Assembly: GCA_963737635.1 (NCBI GenBank) | Contig: CAVTTL010000001.1 | Coordinates: 2,272,001 to 2,336,000, forward strand | DNA from: an uncultured Methanoregulaceae archaeon | GTDB lineage: Archaea; Halobacteriota; Methanomicrobia; Methanomicrobiales; Methanospirillaceae | DNA length: 64,000 bases | Direction: 5' to 3' | In this document: positions 52,462-62,648 of the stretch, in pieces | Numbering within the stretch: the stretch's first letter is position 1 | How the letters are laid out: each line of letters starts with the position of its first letter | Notes under the pieces: model-generated | The model's input: only the letters and a program-made list of their open reading frames with translations | What the model was told of the DNA's origin: nothing | The model's database searches: none | Made by a program: the position numbers and the translations under genes

Positions 52462-54882
52462 ATGGTAGAGACGAATTTTTTTGAGGTAACAGTCAAAGAG
52501 GCTGCACATAACGATGCTGGCCGTGGTATCGCACGGCTCAGTGTTGACGTGATGAAGAAACTAGGGCTTGTGTCCGGGGATGTTGTCGAGATCGTGGGAA
52601 AACGACATGCGGCGGCAATCATCTGGCCAGGACCTGCCGAGGATATCGGTTTTGCTATTCTGCGCATCGATGGAAGTATCCGGGCGAATGCGAATGCCGG
52701 CATCGATGAGAAAGTGAAGATCCGGAAATCGGAAGCAGTCTATGCCACAAAGGTGGTTATCCAGCCGGCACAGCAGACCCGGCTGGTCGGGGGCGAGCAA
52801 TACCTCTCCCGGGTCCTCCGGGGTCGATCAGTAGTTGAGGGCCAGACGCTCCGCGTAGATATCATTGGTAACTCCGTAACATTTGTCATTGTCCGGGTCT
52901 CACCGCGGGCCATTGCGATCGTCTCTGATGATACGGAGATCGAACTCAAGGATGAACCTTTTAACCCGGAAGAGGGAAAGCGCGAGATTTCGACAATCCA
53001 GTACGAGGATATCGGCGGGCTCGAACGCGAGCTCCAACTCGTCCGGGAGATGATCGAGCTTCCCTTGCGCCACCCGGAGATCTTCGAGAAGCTGGGGATC
53101 AAACCCCCAAAGGGCGTCCTGTTCTTCGGCCCGCCAGGGACCGGAAAGACTCTGATCGCAAAAGCGGTTGCTAATGAGGTGGACGCCCATTTCAGCACGC
53201 TCTCAGGCCCCGAGATTATGAGCAAGTTTTACGGGGATAGCGAGAAAGCCCTGCGCGACAAGTTCCACAACGCAGAGGAGAATGCACCATCCATTATATT
53301 TATCGACGAAATCGACTCTATTGCACCAAAACGTGAGGACGTTCAGGGGGAGGTGGAACGCCGGGTCGTCGCGCAACTTCTCGCCCTGATGGACGGCCTT
53401 GCCTGCCGGGGGCAGGTGATTGTCATTGCCGCGACGAACCTCCCTAATTCCATCGATCCGGCACTGCGGCGTGGTGGCCGGTTCGACCGGGAGATCGAAA
53501 TCGGCATTCCAGATAAGAAGGGCAGGCTCGAGATCTTCCAGGTACACACCCGGGGCGTTCCCCTAGCAAAGGATGTGGATATTGCCGCACTTGCAGAAAC
53601 CACATTCGGATTTGTAGGCGCCGATATTGCACTTCTCGTAAAAGAAGCGGCAATGAACGCTATCCGGAAGATCATTCCCTTGATCGATATCGACAAGGAG
53701 ATCCCAAATGAAGTGATCGACCAGCTCAGGCTCACAAAAAGCGACTTTGATGCCGCACGAAAAATTGTCCAGCCGAGCGCTCTGCGGGAGGTCCTCATCG
53801 AAGTGCCGGATGTGTCGTGGGACCAGATTGCAGGTCTCGACGAGATCAAGGACACCCTCATCAAGATCATTGAAGGACGGCTGCGGTACCCGCAGATATT
53901 TGAAAAACTTCGCTATAAACCCCCTAAAGGTATCCTGCTCTTCGGCCCGCCAGGGACCGGAAAGACGCTGCTTGCAAAGGGGATAGCAAGCAAACGCCAG
54001 CTCAACTTCATCTCAGTCAAGGGGCCCGAGCTCCTTTCCAAAGGGGTCGGCGATTCCGAAAAGCATGTGCGGGAAGCATTCCGGAAGGCCCGGCAGTCTG
54101 CGCCCTGTATCATCTTCTTTGATGAGATCGACGCACTCTTCCCGAAAACGGGGTACGGTCAACGATTCCACGCATGTCACGGAAAGCGTTTTAAGCCAAT
54201 TTTTGACCGAGCTGGACGGTGTCGAGGAATTAAAAGAAGTATTCGTCATCGGCTCGACCAACCGGCCCGACCTGCTCGACCCGGCCCTTCTTCGACCGGG
54301 CCGGCTTGAAAAACACCTGTATATCCCCCCGCCCGACGAAGCGGCCCGGAAGGCGATCCTCGCCACTTATCTCAAGGGGCTCGATGATATCCTCAGGTCC
54401 GGAAGTGAGTGTCGATGAGATGGCAGCACAGACCCGTTTCTTTGTGGGAGCCGATCTCGAAGCGCTGGTGCGGGAGGCAAAGGCAAGAGTCATCGACGAG
54501 TTAACCGGGGAACAAGGTACTGTTGAAGAAAATACAGGTACAGCTGGATACCTTCAGGATAACCAAGCAGCATTTCGACGCTGCATTTGAGAGTGTCAAA
54601 GGCACGCTTGACGGTGCTGACTTCGAACAGTACGAGCAGAAGTCATGGGATCTCCTGTATGCAAAAGGAAAACGTGAGATCCTGTACAAGGCTGTGAGTA
54701 TTGTTAACCAAGTTGAGTACCTCAAGAGAAAGAATCTAGTGGATGATGAGATTGCCCAGCGTGCAGATGAGCTCAGGGACCTCGTCTACTGGCAGAGGCG
54801 ATCCTTCGATACGATCCGGGAGCACACTACAGAACTCCAGCAGGCACTTGAGGCATTAGTCCGGAAAAACCCGGCAGCCTAA
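52462..54882 (+). CDS. cdc48: CDC48/VAT AAA+ ATPase; three apparent frameshifts (~54146, ~54398, ~54530)
   Basis: N-domain (DAGRGIARL), two GPPGTGKT and DEID modules, RPGR. Confidence 0.88.
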
Positions 54883-55079
54883 TCCTTTTCTTATCAGCCT
54901 TGGAAACCATGATAGGTTCCACACAATCACGGTTCCGGAGAAGGCCACATCCCTTCCTGGCCATAGGAAAATATCCTCGTAACACCAATTACCGTTGTTT
55001 CATTCGGCTGTCGCTGACACTACCATATTCATTTCATCTATGCATAAATCCCGGAACGTTCCAAAAAAGATGAGGATAT

Positions 55080-55307
55080 GTGAATATGGATTATAACACT
55101 CTTATGAAGGAGGCGCGGAAAACTAACAAAGAACGCTATAATATGGAACTTGAAGGCTGTTTTGAATCGCTGAATGTCAGCTTGATGGCATACATAACCA
55201 CGGCAATGTCAGCAATCCAAACCGGGATCACAACTGATAATTTTGAAACAATCGCTGAAGGCCAGGCGATTCTTGAACAGGCAGTAGAAATCATCAGGAA
55301 TTGTTAA
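55080..55307 (+). CDS. 75-aa helical hypothetical protein
   Basis: GAGG SD upstream; clean ORF in an AT-rich region. Confidence 0.55.
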   Translation: MNMDYNTLMKEARKTNKERYNMELEGCFESLNVSLMAYITTAMSAIQTGITTDNFETIAEGQAILEQAVEIIRNC

Positions 55308-55409
55308 AAGTAAATGCACCACTGTTTCTGTTCGGGAAAACCTGGGCTCCGTAATGTTACAGAATAGATCCGGTGAACCTAGGGTTGAACCATGTTCATT
55401 TTTTGCTAA

Positions 55410-55809
55410 TCACCCCAATACAAGTTTACTGTTGTCTCCCGGAAATATCTCGATATCCTGCTTAATGAGCCTGCCATGGATACGTTTCGGAAGCTCATCT
55501 CGTAACCGGTTGATAAGATCTATAGAATCGATTGCCAATTTTATGCTGATCTTTGTGGCCTCTTCAAAAATGAGAGGAACCGAAATGAAGAGATCGGATC
55601 CTGCCCCTCATAGTACGGAGACGGCGTGCATCCAGCGTGTAGAAAATTTCCATAGTCTGCTTTGCACGCTCAATATTTTCCGTTGCAGATCGTTCGATTC
55701 TGCAGATATTTTCTTTTGGAGTATGGAATATATCGGCAATCTATTGCTGCGTCATCCCTCTCCACCAGTATCGTAATACCTTTATCTGCCGGTCGATGAG
55801 AAGACTCAA
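55410..55809 (-). pseudogene. tfx: Tfx-family DNA-binding protein remnant
   Basis: Manual translation LLIDRQIKVLRYWWRGMTQQ*IADIFHTPKENICRIERSATENIERAK...AGSDLF...RLIKQDIEI; in-frame TAG plus a frameshift; GGTGA SD. Confidence 0.75.
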
Positions 55810-56007
55810 ATTAATTCACCTGAATGTAACCTAGTTACGTTAGTTATTAGTAGTTATATTCTAATAGCTGACCAGAGTTTCTCAAATAATAACTGAAATT
55901 ATCCCTCTTTCCTGGATGGTATCGAAAATCCCAATAAACATTTATCTCCCACACGCATACCTGTGGAAAGTTATAACTAATGCGAGATTGATCATGAGGA
56001 ATGTAGC

Positions 56008-56235
56008 ATGAGTGTTGTCTGGAACAGACGCCTTTCCAACGAAATCAGGGAATTAGGATATGATAGTGAGACCGGGACCCTTATCGTGACTTTCCCTGAC
56101 GGGATTCGAAGATATTTTGCGCCAGTCACGTATGAGATGTATACTGCAATAAGTCACTCATCTTTTCCTGATCGGTTATTTCGGAACACTATTGAAGGAA
56201 AGATTCCCCGTATATACATGACAGAGTATCGCTAA
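56008..56235 (+). CDS. KTSC-domain protein
   Basis: S.EIRELGYDSETGTLIVTF.DG..RY..V...Y pattern; GAGG SD. Confidence 0.8.
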   Translation: MSVVWNRRLSNEIRELGYDSETGTLIVTFPDGIRRYFAPVTYEMYTAISHSSFPDRLFRNTIEGKIPRIYMTEYR

Positions 56236-56543
56236 TGCGAATCAGTACATTTTAGTTTTCTCTTGCATTGCCTTCGTCGACACGCCCGAGGCTCACGTAT
56301 CTGAGACACAGTCTATCGTTCTAATCATGGAGAAGACACGCCCGACCGGAATTATCGTGTAACAAGAGATAAATTCTTTTGTTTAATCTTACTTTGTTGT
56401 AAAATAAAAAAAATTAAAATAATAGATAACTAAGATGGATATTGTCCCTTTGTAACACACGCACCAACCGGATACAGACACACAGACACAATGAAAATTC
56501 CCAAAGAGATCAGTTTCTTCGTCAGGCAGCTATGAGAGATAAA

Positions 56544-56626
56544 CTTCAGACACGGGTGAACCTCACGCACAATGTAACATTCTATGCGTCGTTCCTCATC
56601 CGCCATGTATCATCCGGTGTCTGAAG
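56544..56626. repeat. 83-bp element with terminal inverted repeats and an inner hairpin
   Basis: CTTCAGACAC / GTGTCTGAAG perfect 10-bp IR; inner ACGCA/TGCGT and AATGT/ACATT. Confidence 0.5.
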
Positions 56627-56748
56627 GCCTGCGGCGAAGGTATTTTTAAAGTATTCCAAATATCCAGATGAGTCATTTGCTGTCCATAATACTGGACCGT
56701 CCTTTTCGTTAAAGGGGTCACCCATTTAGCCCGAGAAACATAATCCTC

Positions 56749-58480
56749 TCACGCATTAAGTACGGCGCGTAGATCCCTGAGGGGAAGCGTATTTACGATT
56801 TCCTTTGCGGCCAGCCACCCCCGTCGGGCAGTAGCAACACCGAGATCCATGGCGTGCAGGTCTTCCTTCCGGTGGGCATCCGAACTGATCGCAAACTTCG
56901 TCCCAAATGCCCGGGCAAGCATGCAGGAAGTATCCGGAAGATCTAGTCGGGAAGGATAAGCGTTAATCTCAAGGATAACACCAAGGCTTTGAGCAGCTTT
57001 GGCAACTGCGAGAAGGTCAAACGGCGCAGGTTCCCGCTTCAGGAGGATCCTCCCTGTAGGATGGGCCAGGATGTCCAGAGAGTCATTATGCAGGGCAGTA
57101 ACGAGCCGTGTAGTCATATCCCTTTCCTTCATATCCAAGCCATCGTGAACTCCCGCAATTACGATATCGAGATCTTTGAGCACTGTGCTGCTCATATCCA
57201 AACTTCCACTCTCATTGATGCCGCACTCGATCCCGGCAAGCACAGTAATGCCATCAAGTGTTCGGTTTACCTGCTCGATCTCTACCTGCTGCCGTGCGAT
57301 CTCATGTTTATCCAGCCCGCGGGTGACCTGCTGACTTTTAGCGTGGTCACAGATAGCAATATACTCGTAACCCAGAGACAGTGCAGCCGCTGCCATCTCC
57401 TTGATACCGTTTTTGCCATCACTCCAAGTCGTATGGACGTGGAGGTCGCCTTTTACCGTGCCGTATGGAATGATGTCAGGCAGGGTACCGGATTCAGCCG
57501 CTTCGATCTCTCCCCGGTTTTCTCTCAATTCCGGTTCCATAAACGGGAGGCCAATTGCCTGAAACATCTCCTGCTCATCTCTTCCGGCAAGTATTTTATC
57601 CGTGGAACGGTCAAAGAGCCCGTACTCGTTTAGTTTTGCATTCCGTGCGAGCGCTCGTCGGCGCAGGGCGATATTGTAGTCTTTTGATCCGGTGAAATAG
57701 AGGAGCGCAGCACCGTACTGCTCTTCGTCAACAACCCGCAAGTCGACCTGCAGACCTGACTTGAGTACAGACGGAACTCCGGGTCGGCCCCCGTTCAATC
57801 ACGCGTCCGATTCCCGCCAGTGTGCAGAATGCTTCCATCACCTTCTCAGGTGCCGGGGACGTTGCAAGAATATCAACATCTCCGATGGTCTCTTTCTTTC
57901 TCCTTAGAGATCCGGCAAGGCTGATACGGTGCATGGCAGGTTCGCGAACGAGCTGTTTCACGATCTCTTCTGCAACCGGGAGGATGTCCCCAAGAAGGTA
58001 CCGGGTACCGGCCTGTCGCCGCGCCTTGAGAATAGTAAGGATTTTCTTCTCACTGAGCTCCCCAAACCCGGGAAGATCTCTGATCCGCCCGGCTGATGCT
58101 GCTTCTTCCAACTGACTGATGCTAGTAATACCCAATTCTTTGATTAATACCTGGGACCTCTTCGGCCCTATGCCTTCGACCTCGGCAATTTCCCGTACAC
58201 CCCGGGGCATATCCTGACGCAGGTTTTCCAGATAGTTGAGGCGGCCCGTCTTGAGGATCTCCCGGATCTTGGCGGCAATATGCGTTCCGACACCGGGTAT
58301 CTCTTCCAGAGCCCCACGTCCACTTATCTCCGCAATGTCTTCCTGCAATTCGTCTATTGCCCGGGCTGCCTTCGCGTACGCCTGCGGTTTAAACTGGACT
58401 CCCTTTGCCTTGAGGAGATCCGAAATCTCATACAGGATAGCGGATACCTGCTTGTTATTTTTCAGTGCGGAAGGTTCCAT
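56749..58480 (-). CDS. polX: DNA polymerase X with PHP domain; apparent frameshift near 57770
   Basis: HhH motifs, AGSLRR..IGDVD, DLR, YFTGS; PHP motifs HVHT, CDH, AHP, SDAH. Confidence 0.92.
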
Positions 58481-58904
58481 AGGTGGTGTTGCATTCGCGT
58501 ACCTTGAAAGGAAATGCCATATTCACACGAATAGAAATAAGAAGAGTATTTTCCTTCATACTTTGTTCATCTGACCTCTTATGGTACCTCAATTTATATT
58601 GGTTTCGCTGATCCCCACCCGGCATTGACCGTGACGACAGTTTCGGAAAACCTCTTCAGAATGTCTGGTTTGCGATGATGGTAGGGTCTCATCCGCTTTT
58701 CAATTTCTCCAGATTTCCAAGAAATATCTCGCATCCCTACCGGTCTTCGTTGTTAGCGTACGCCGTTGGGATAATCGGGTTCGCCACATGTTACGATCGC
58801 GACTCTGAACGCAACATTAATTTCAAAAAGAGAGGGGAAATGCCAGGTCCGGGGTCAAACAATTCAACCAGCCTATGCCTCAGTAGGCACGTGCAAGTAC
58901 ATCG

Positions 58905-59288
58905 ACTGTAATCCAGGTCTCCCGTTGCCGCGAGGAACTGGTGCTCGCGGACGTCTATTTCCTGCCCGGGTTTCAGATGGAGCCCCTATATATGTCCCGG
59001 GCCGTCACAACTGAAAGCGATCTGCCCCGGCCCGGTTGCTTCCGTTACGAATATTTGCATGCCGGCGATCATTCGCTTCATGGTACCTTTCATACGACGT
59101 ACACTGATAGCAATTCCTGTATCTTTCCGCAAAAGGAGATGGTGTTCGAAGAATATCGATTGTCCCTGTTTCAGATCGATTGTCAACGCTGGAACCAGCT
59201 CTCCATCCAAGTGATACGTAAAGCCGGCAAAAGTCTCGACAGGTGAACTCGTCAACAATAATTTAGGCCTTTCCAAAGTATTTCGCAT
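58905..59288 (-). pseudogene. AIM24-family (DUF124) remnant, truncated
   Basis: IFVTEATGPGQIAFS..GPGHI*GLHLKPGQEIDVREHQFLAAT continues past a TAG, then similarity ends. Confidence 0.7.
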
Positions 59289-59432
59289 CCTTCGATGTAT
59301 TCAGTTGAGAACTACAAAAGTTACAACTAGATTCTTTCGCGTCTATGGTCGAAAAATACGTTTCGATGCGAAAAACTCCAATTGACGCGGATCCCGAAAC
59401 CGGTGGGGTTACGTTGTTTCGAAATTCTTGTA

Positions 59433-59807
59433 TCAGCCGATATAATCCTTTAATTTCTTTATCATGGCAAGCTGGTTGGTAGCCTGGTTCCTTTTCTCTT
59501 TCTCGATACTGTCCATGATCTCGGCAATGGGCTTTGCAAGCTCGTAGATCTTGATCGGGCGTCCTTTACTCTCGCCCTTGCTCTCGCGGCTCGAGATCCA
59601 GCCATTGTCCATCATGGTTCTCATAGCGATACTTACCTCGGGCTGGCGGAGGTCGGTGCCCCGCTCAATCGCACGGGATGTTGCTTCGGGAATGTTGGCC
59701 AGAAAGACCAGTACTTTTGCGACGTTTTTCTTTGTCCCGATCTCGATGAGGAGGTTTGCAAATTCTTCTTCCTTCTCGGTAAAATACATTACACTCTCTG
59801 TTCTCAT
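59433..59807 (-). CDS. Winged-helix transcriptional regulator (COG4738-like)
   Basis: IERGTDLRQPEVSIAM...KGRPIKIY. Confidence 0.85.
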   Translation of the reverse strand: MRTESVMYFTEKEEEFANLLIEIGTKKNVAKVLVFLANIPEATSRAIERGTDLRQPEVSIAMRTMMDNGWISSRESKGESKGRPIKIYELAKPIAEIMDSIEKEKRNQATNQLAMIKKLKDYIG

Positions 59808-60036
59808 GCAATCTCATCCGCAAACATTTCTGTTGTTTATTTAAAATTTATCTTTGGAATGATATATATGTACTGTTATTTGCGGTTTTGTCAATCGCGA
59901 AATGAAAAAAGCAATAAAAAATCGAATCATTGCAGATCAATCCGGGATCTTATCTGCGATGATTCAAGGGTTCATTCCAAATAGCAAGATTCAATAGTGA
60001 ATAAGAAAAATTTAAAATAGTTTTGGATTTTCTCCA

Positions 60037-61440
60037 ATGATAACTATTCTCTACGTCGATGACGAGCCGGCTTTTCTTGAAATCGGAAAGATATATCTTG
60101 AGGAGACCGGAAACTACCATGTCGATTGCACCACATCCTGCAAAAAAGCCCTCAATCTTCTTACGACAAAGAAGTATGATGTTATCGTCTCGGATTACCA
60201 TATGCCCGATATGGATGGCCTAGCCTTTTTCAGAGCGGTGAGGGCAGCTCACGGGGATATTCCATTCATACTCTTCACCGGTAAAGAAAGGGAAGAGATT
60301 GTCATCGATGCGCTCTCGTGCGGTGTCGATTTTTACCTCCAGAGAGGGGGAGATACCCAAGCACAGTTCGCCGAGCTCTCCCATAAGATCAGGAGAGCGG
60401 TCGAACGGAAGCGGATGGCTCTACAGATCAAGGCAAACGAGACACGGTTCAGGGAACTTGTGGATAAATTGCCCGAAATGATCTTTGAGGGGGATAGCCA
60501 AGCTACAATCACGTTTGTGAACCAGACCGGCTTGAATGTGCTTGGTTACACAAAAAATGAGATCGAGAGCCTGTTCAATCTGGCCGACCTTATTGCACCT
60601 TCTCACCGGGACACGTTTACCAGGATGTTACGGACAATCCGGACCGGGGAGGGTCTACCAAGGCTTCTGGAGTGTTCCATGCTCAAAAAAAATGGGACCG
60701 AAATCTCCGTCGAAATTATGGCCAACTATGTTGTATCGGATGAAATAGAGTGCTATTTTGCCTTTGCCCGCGACATTACAGGACGAAAACAGGCCGAGAC
60801 CGCGACCGGCCTTGCAACCCGGAAGCTCCTCATAATGAAAGATGTTTCACGTCATATCATCAGGAACAAGATCACCGGCCTCATTGGGTGCGTCGACATG
60901 GCTTGCGATTCCCGGTCATCTGCCGAATCTCTTACCCTTACTCAGGACATAAAGGAGCTCATCCGGGATATCCAAAAACAGATCGATTTCACCCAGAAGT
61001 ACGAAGAAGTAGGGGTCAACCAGCCGGAATGGCAGAAACTCCGGGAGGTTATGACCAGGATAGATAAGACCGGACTAACGTTTGACTTCGACATTCCCGA
61101 TGTTGAGATCTATGCAGATCCCCTGCTCGGCGAGATCTTTGGGTATCTGGAAGATAACTCCCTCCGGCACGGTGTTAAGGTGACCACGATCTCGCTCCGA
61201 TCCACAGAATGTTCGGATGGGCTCGTTCTGATATACGAGGATAATGGCGTGGGCATACCCACAGAACAAAAGGAAATAATATTTGATAAAAGTTCTGCAC
61301 GGCCATCTGGTGTCGGTCTTTTTCTTGTCCGGGAGATCCTTACCATCACCGGTATCACCATCGTCGAAAACGGCATCCCCGTAAAGGGTGCCCGGTTTGA
61401 GATAACGGTTCCCCACGGGGGCTATCGGCGAGCGCCCTGA
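60037..61440 (+). CDS. Hybrid receiver-PAS-histidine kinase
   Basis: ILYVDDE, DYHMP, one PAS, HIIRNKI, DNG, GVGLF. Confidence 0.88.
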   Translation: MITILYVDDEPAFLEIGKIYLEETGNYHVDCTTSCKKALNLLTTKKYDVIVSDYHMPDMDGLAFFRAVRAAHGDIPFILFTGKEREEIVIDALSCGVDFYLQRGGDTQAQFAELSHKIRRAVERKRMALQIKANETRFRELVDKLPEMIFEGDSQATITFVNQTGLNVLGYTKNEIESLFNLADLIAPSHRDTFTRMLRTIRTGEGLPRLLECSMLKKNGTEISVEIMANYVVSDEIECYFAFARDITGRKQAETATGLATRKLLIMKDVSRHIIRNKITGLIGCVDMACDSRSSAESLTLTQDIKELIRDIQKQIDFTQKYEEVGVNQPEWQKLREVMTRIDKTGLTFDFDIPDVEIYADPLLGEIFGYLEDNSLRHGVKVTTISLRSTECSDGLVLIYEDNGVGIPTEQKEIIFDKSSARPSGVGLFLVREILTITGITIVENGIPVKGARFEITVPHGGYRRAP

Positions 61441-61711
61441 AGGTTTCTTTCAAATCGTCGGGAGCCATGCTCAGTACGGTCACATCCTTGGCAGCGGCCC
61501 TTTCCGGTAACTCTCTCATCGATTCTCCCACTTTACCATTAACGTTCTCATTCGGTTTCTAATCCTTCATCGGGTATTTTCGCCATGCCAAAAACTAAAC
61601 ACGGGAGGGAAAGATGAGGATCAACGAAACCCTATTAAAGACTAAGTACGAGTGCCCTGCATACCAGATTTGATTGAATCGTCCCTCAGAGGAAGGTAAT
61701 GAGGAGAGAAA

Positions 61712-62453
61712 ATGACACCGGAGAGCGAAAAAAAGAATCTGATGACAGTTGTAATTCTGAGCCTGGTTATTCCGGTCGCCGGATTTGTCGTTCTTGATCT
61801 TGGATTGCCGTCTCAACGATGGATCGACATTCCGATCCACACAATGCTCGAAACAACAGGACTCACTATTGGATTGATTACTGCGTTTTTCCTCCTCTCA
61901 AACGCCTGTCAAAAACCGGAAGACCGGCCAATCTTCAACTGGATTGCGGCAGCGTTGATAGGTATGGCCATTCTCGATGGGTTCCACGCAGCCGCATTGC
62001 CCGGAAATACGGCTGTCTGGTTTACACGGTATAGCGGCTCTTTCCGGCGGTGCACTGTTCATCTGCTCGTGGTGGGGAAAACGGATCGGTGCGAGAAAAT
62101 CCCGGTACTTCGTTGCCGGGGTTGTTGCCCTGTATGCGATTGTTTTAGGAACGGTTAGTGTGGCTTTTCCTGGCATTGTTCCCTTTATCACCGTAAACAG
62201 TGCCTTCGCATTTGTGGCAGATGGAACCAATGTGGCCGGCGGATTGCTGTTTATTGTCGCGGCTGCCGGTTTTTATTTCCTGTCGACGAAAGCAGAACCC
62301 GGAGAATTCCGGTTGTTTTCAGTATTCTGTGTTTTGAACGGACTCGCTGGCCTTTTCTTCCCAATCACCAGTTCGTGGGCTGCAGTATGGTGGTTCTGGC
62401 ATCTTGTCCGGGTCAGCTGCATGCCTCATCTTGATAATCTTCCTTTACGATAG
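61712..62453 (+). pseudogene. Multi-TM membrane sensor domain (MASE3-like) without output domain; frameshift near 62030
   Basis: HTMLET, ILDGFHA and WWFWHLVR motifs; ORF ends right after the last TM. Confidence 0.55.
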
Positions 62454-62648
62454 GTTTGTCTTACGCTCTCAGAAAAATGGAGATTTCAAGAGGTAACATG
62501 TTTCGATCACCGGACTTTCCCGTTTTTCTTCTCACCCTGGTTTCGTCGCATTTACCATTATTAACCGCAATTTCGCCTATTAAACTCTCGATCACTGATA
62601 AACGAGCACCAAAAAAGAAGATGCAGTCCCGCAAGCCGGAATTTATTC

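Noticed and set aside
55354-55776. 140-aa plus-strand ORF
   Set aside because: Antisense shadow of the Tfx remnant.
4255-57775. Programmed ribosomal frameshifting as an explanation for split genes
   Set aside because: No shared slippery heptamer, mixed shift directions, and the affected families are normally continuous.
55740-58990. In-frame TAG codons in the Tfx and AIM24 frames, suggesting pyrrolysine or TAG recoding
   Set aside because: TAG is the normal stop of RidA, U32 and the large MCP here; both frames carry additional lesions; no pyl genes are in the window.
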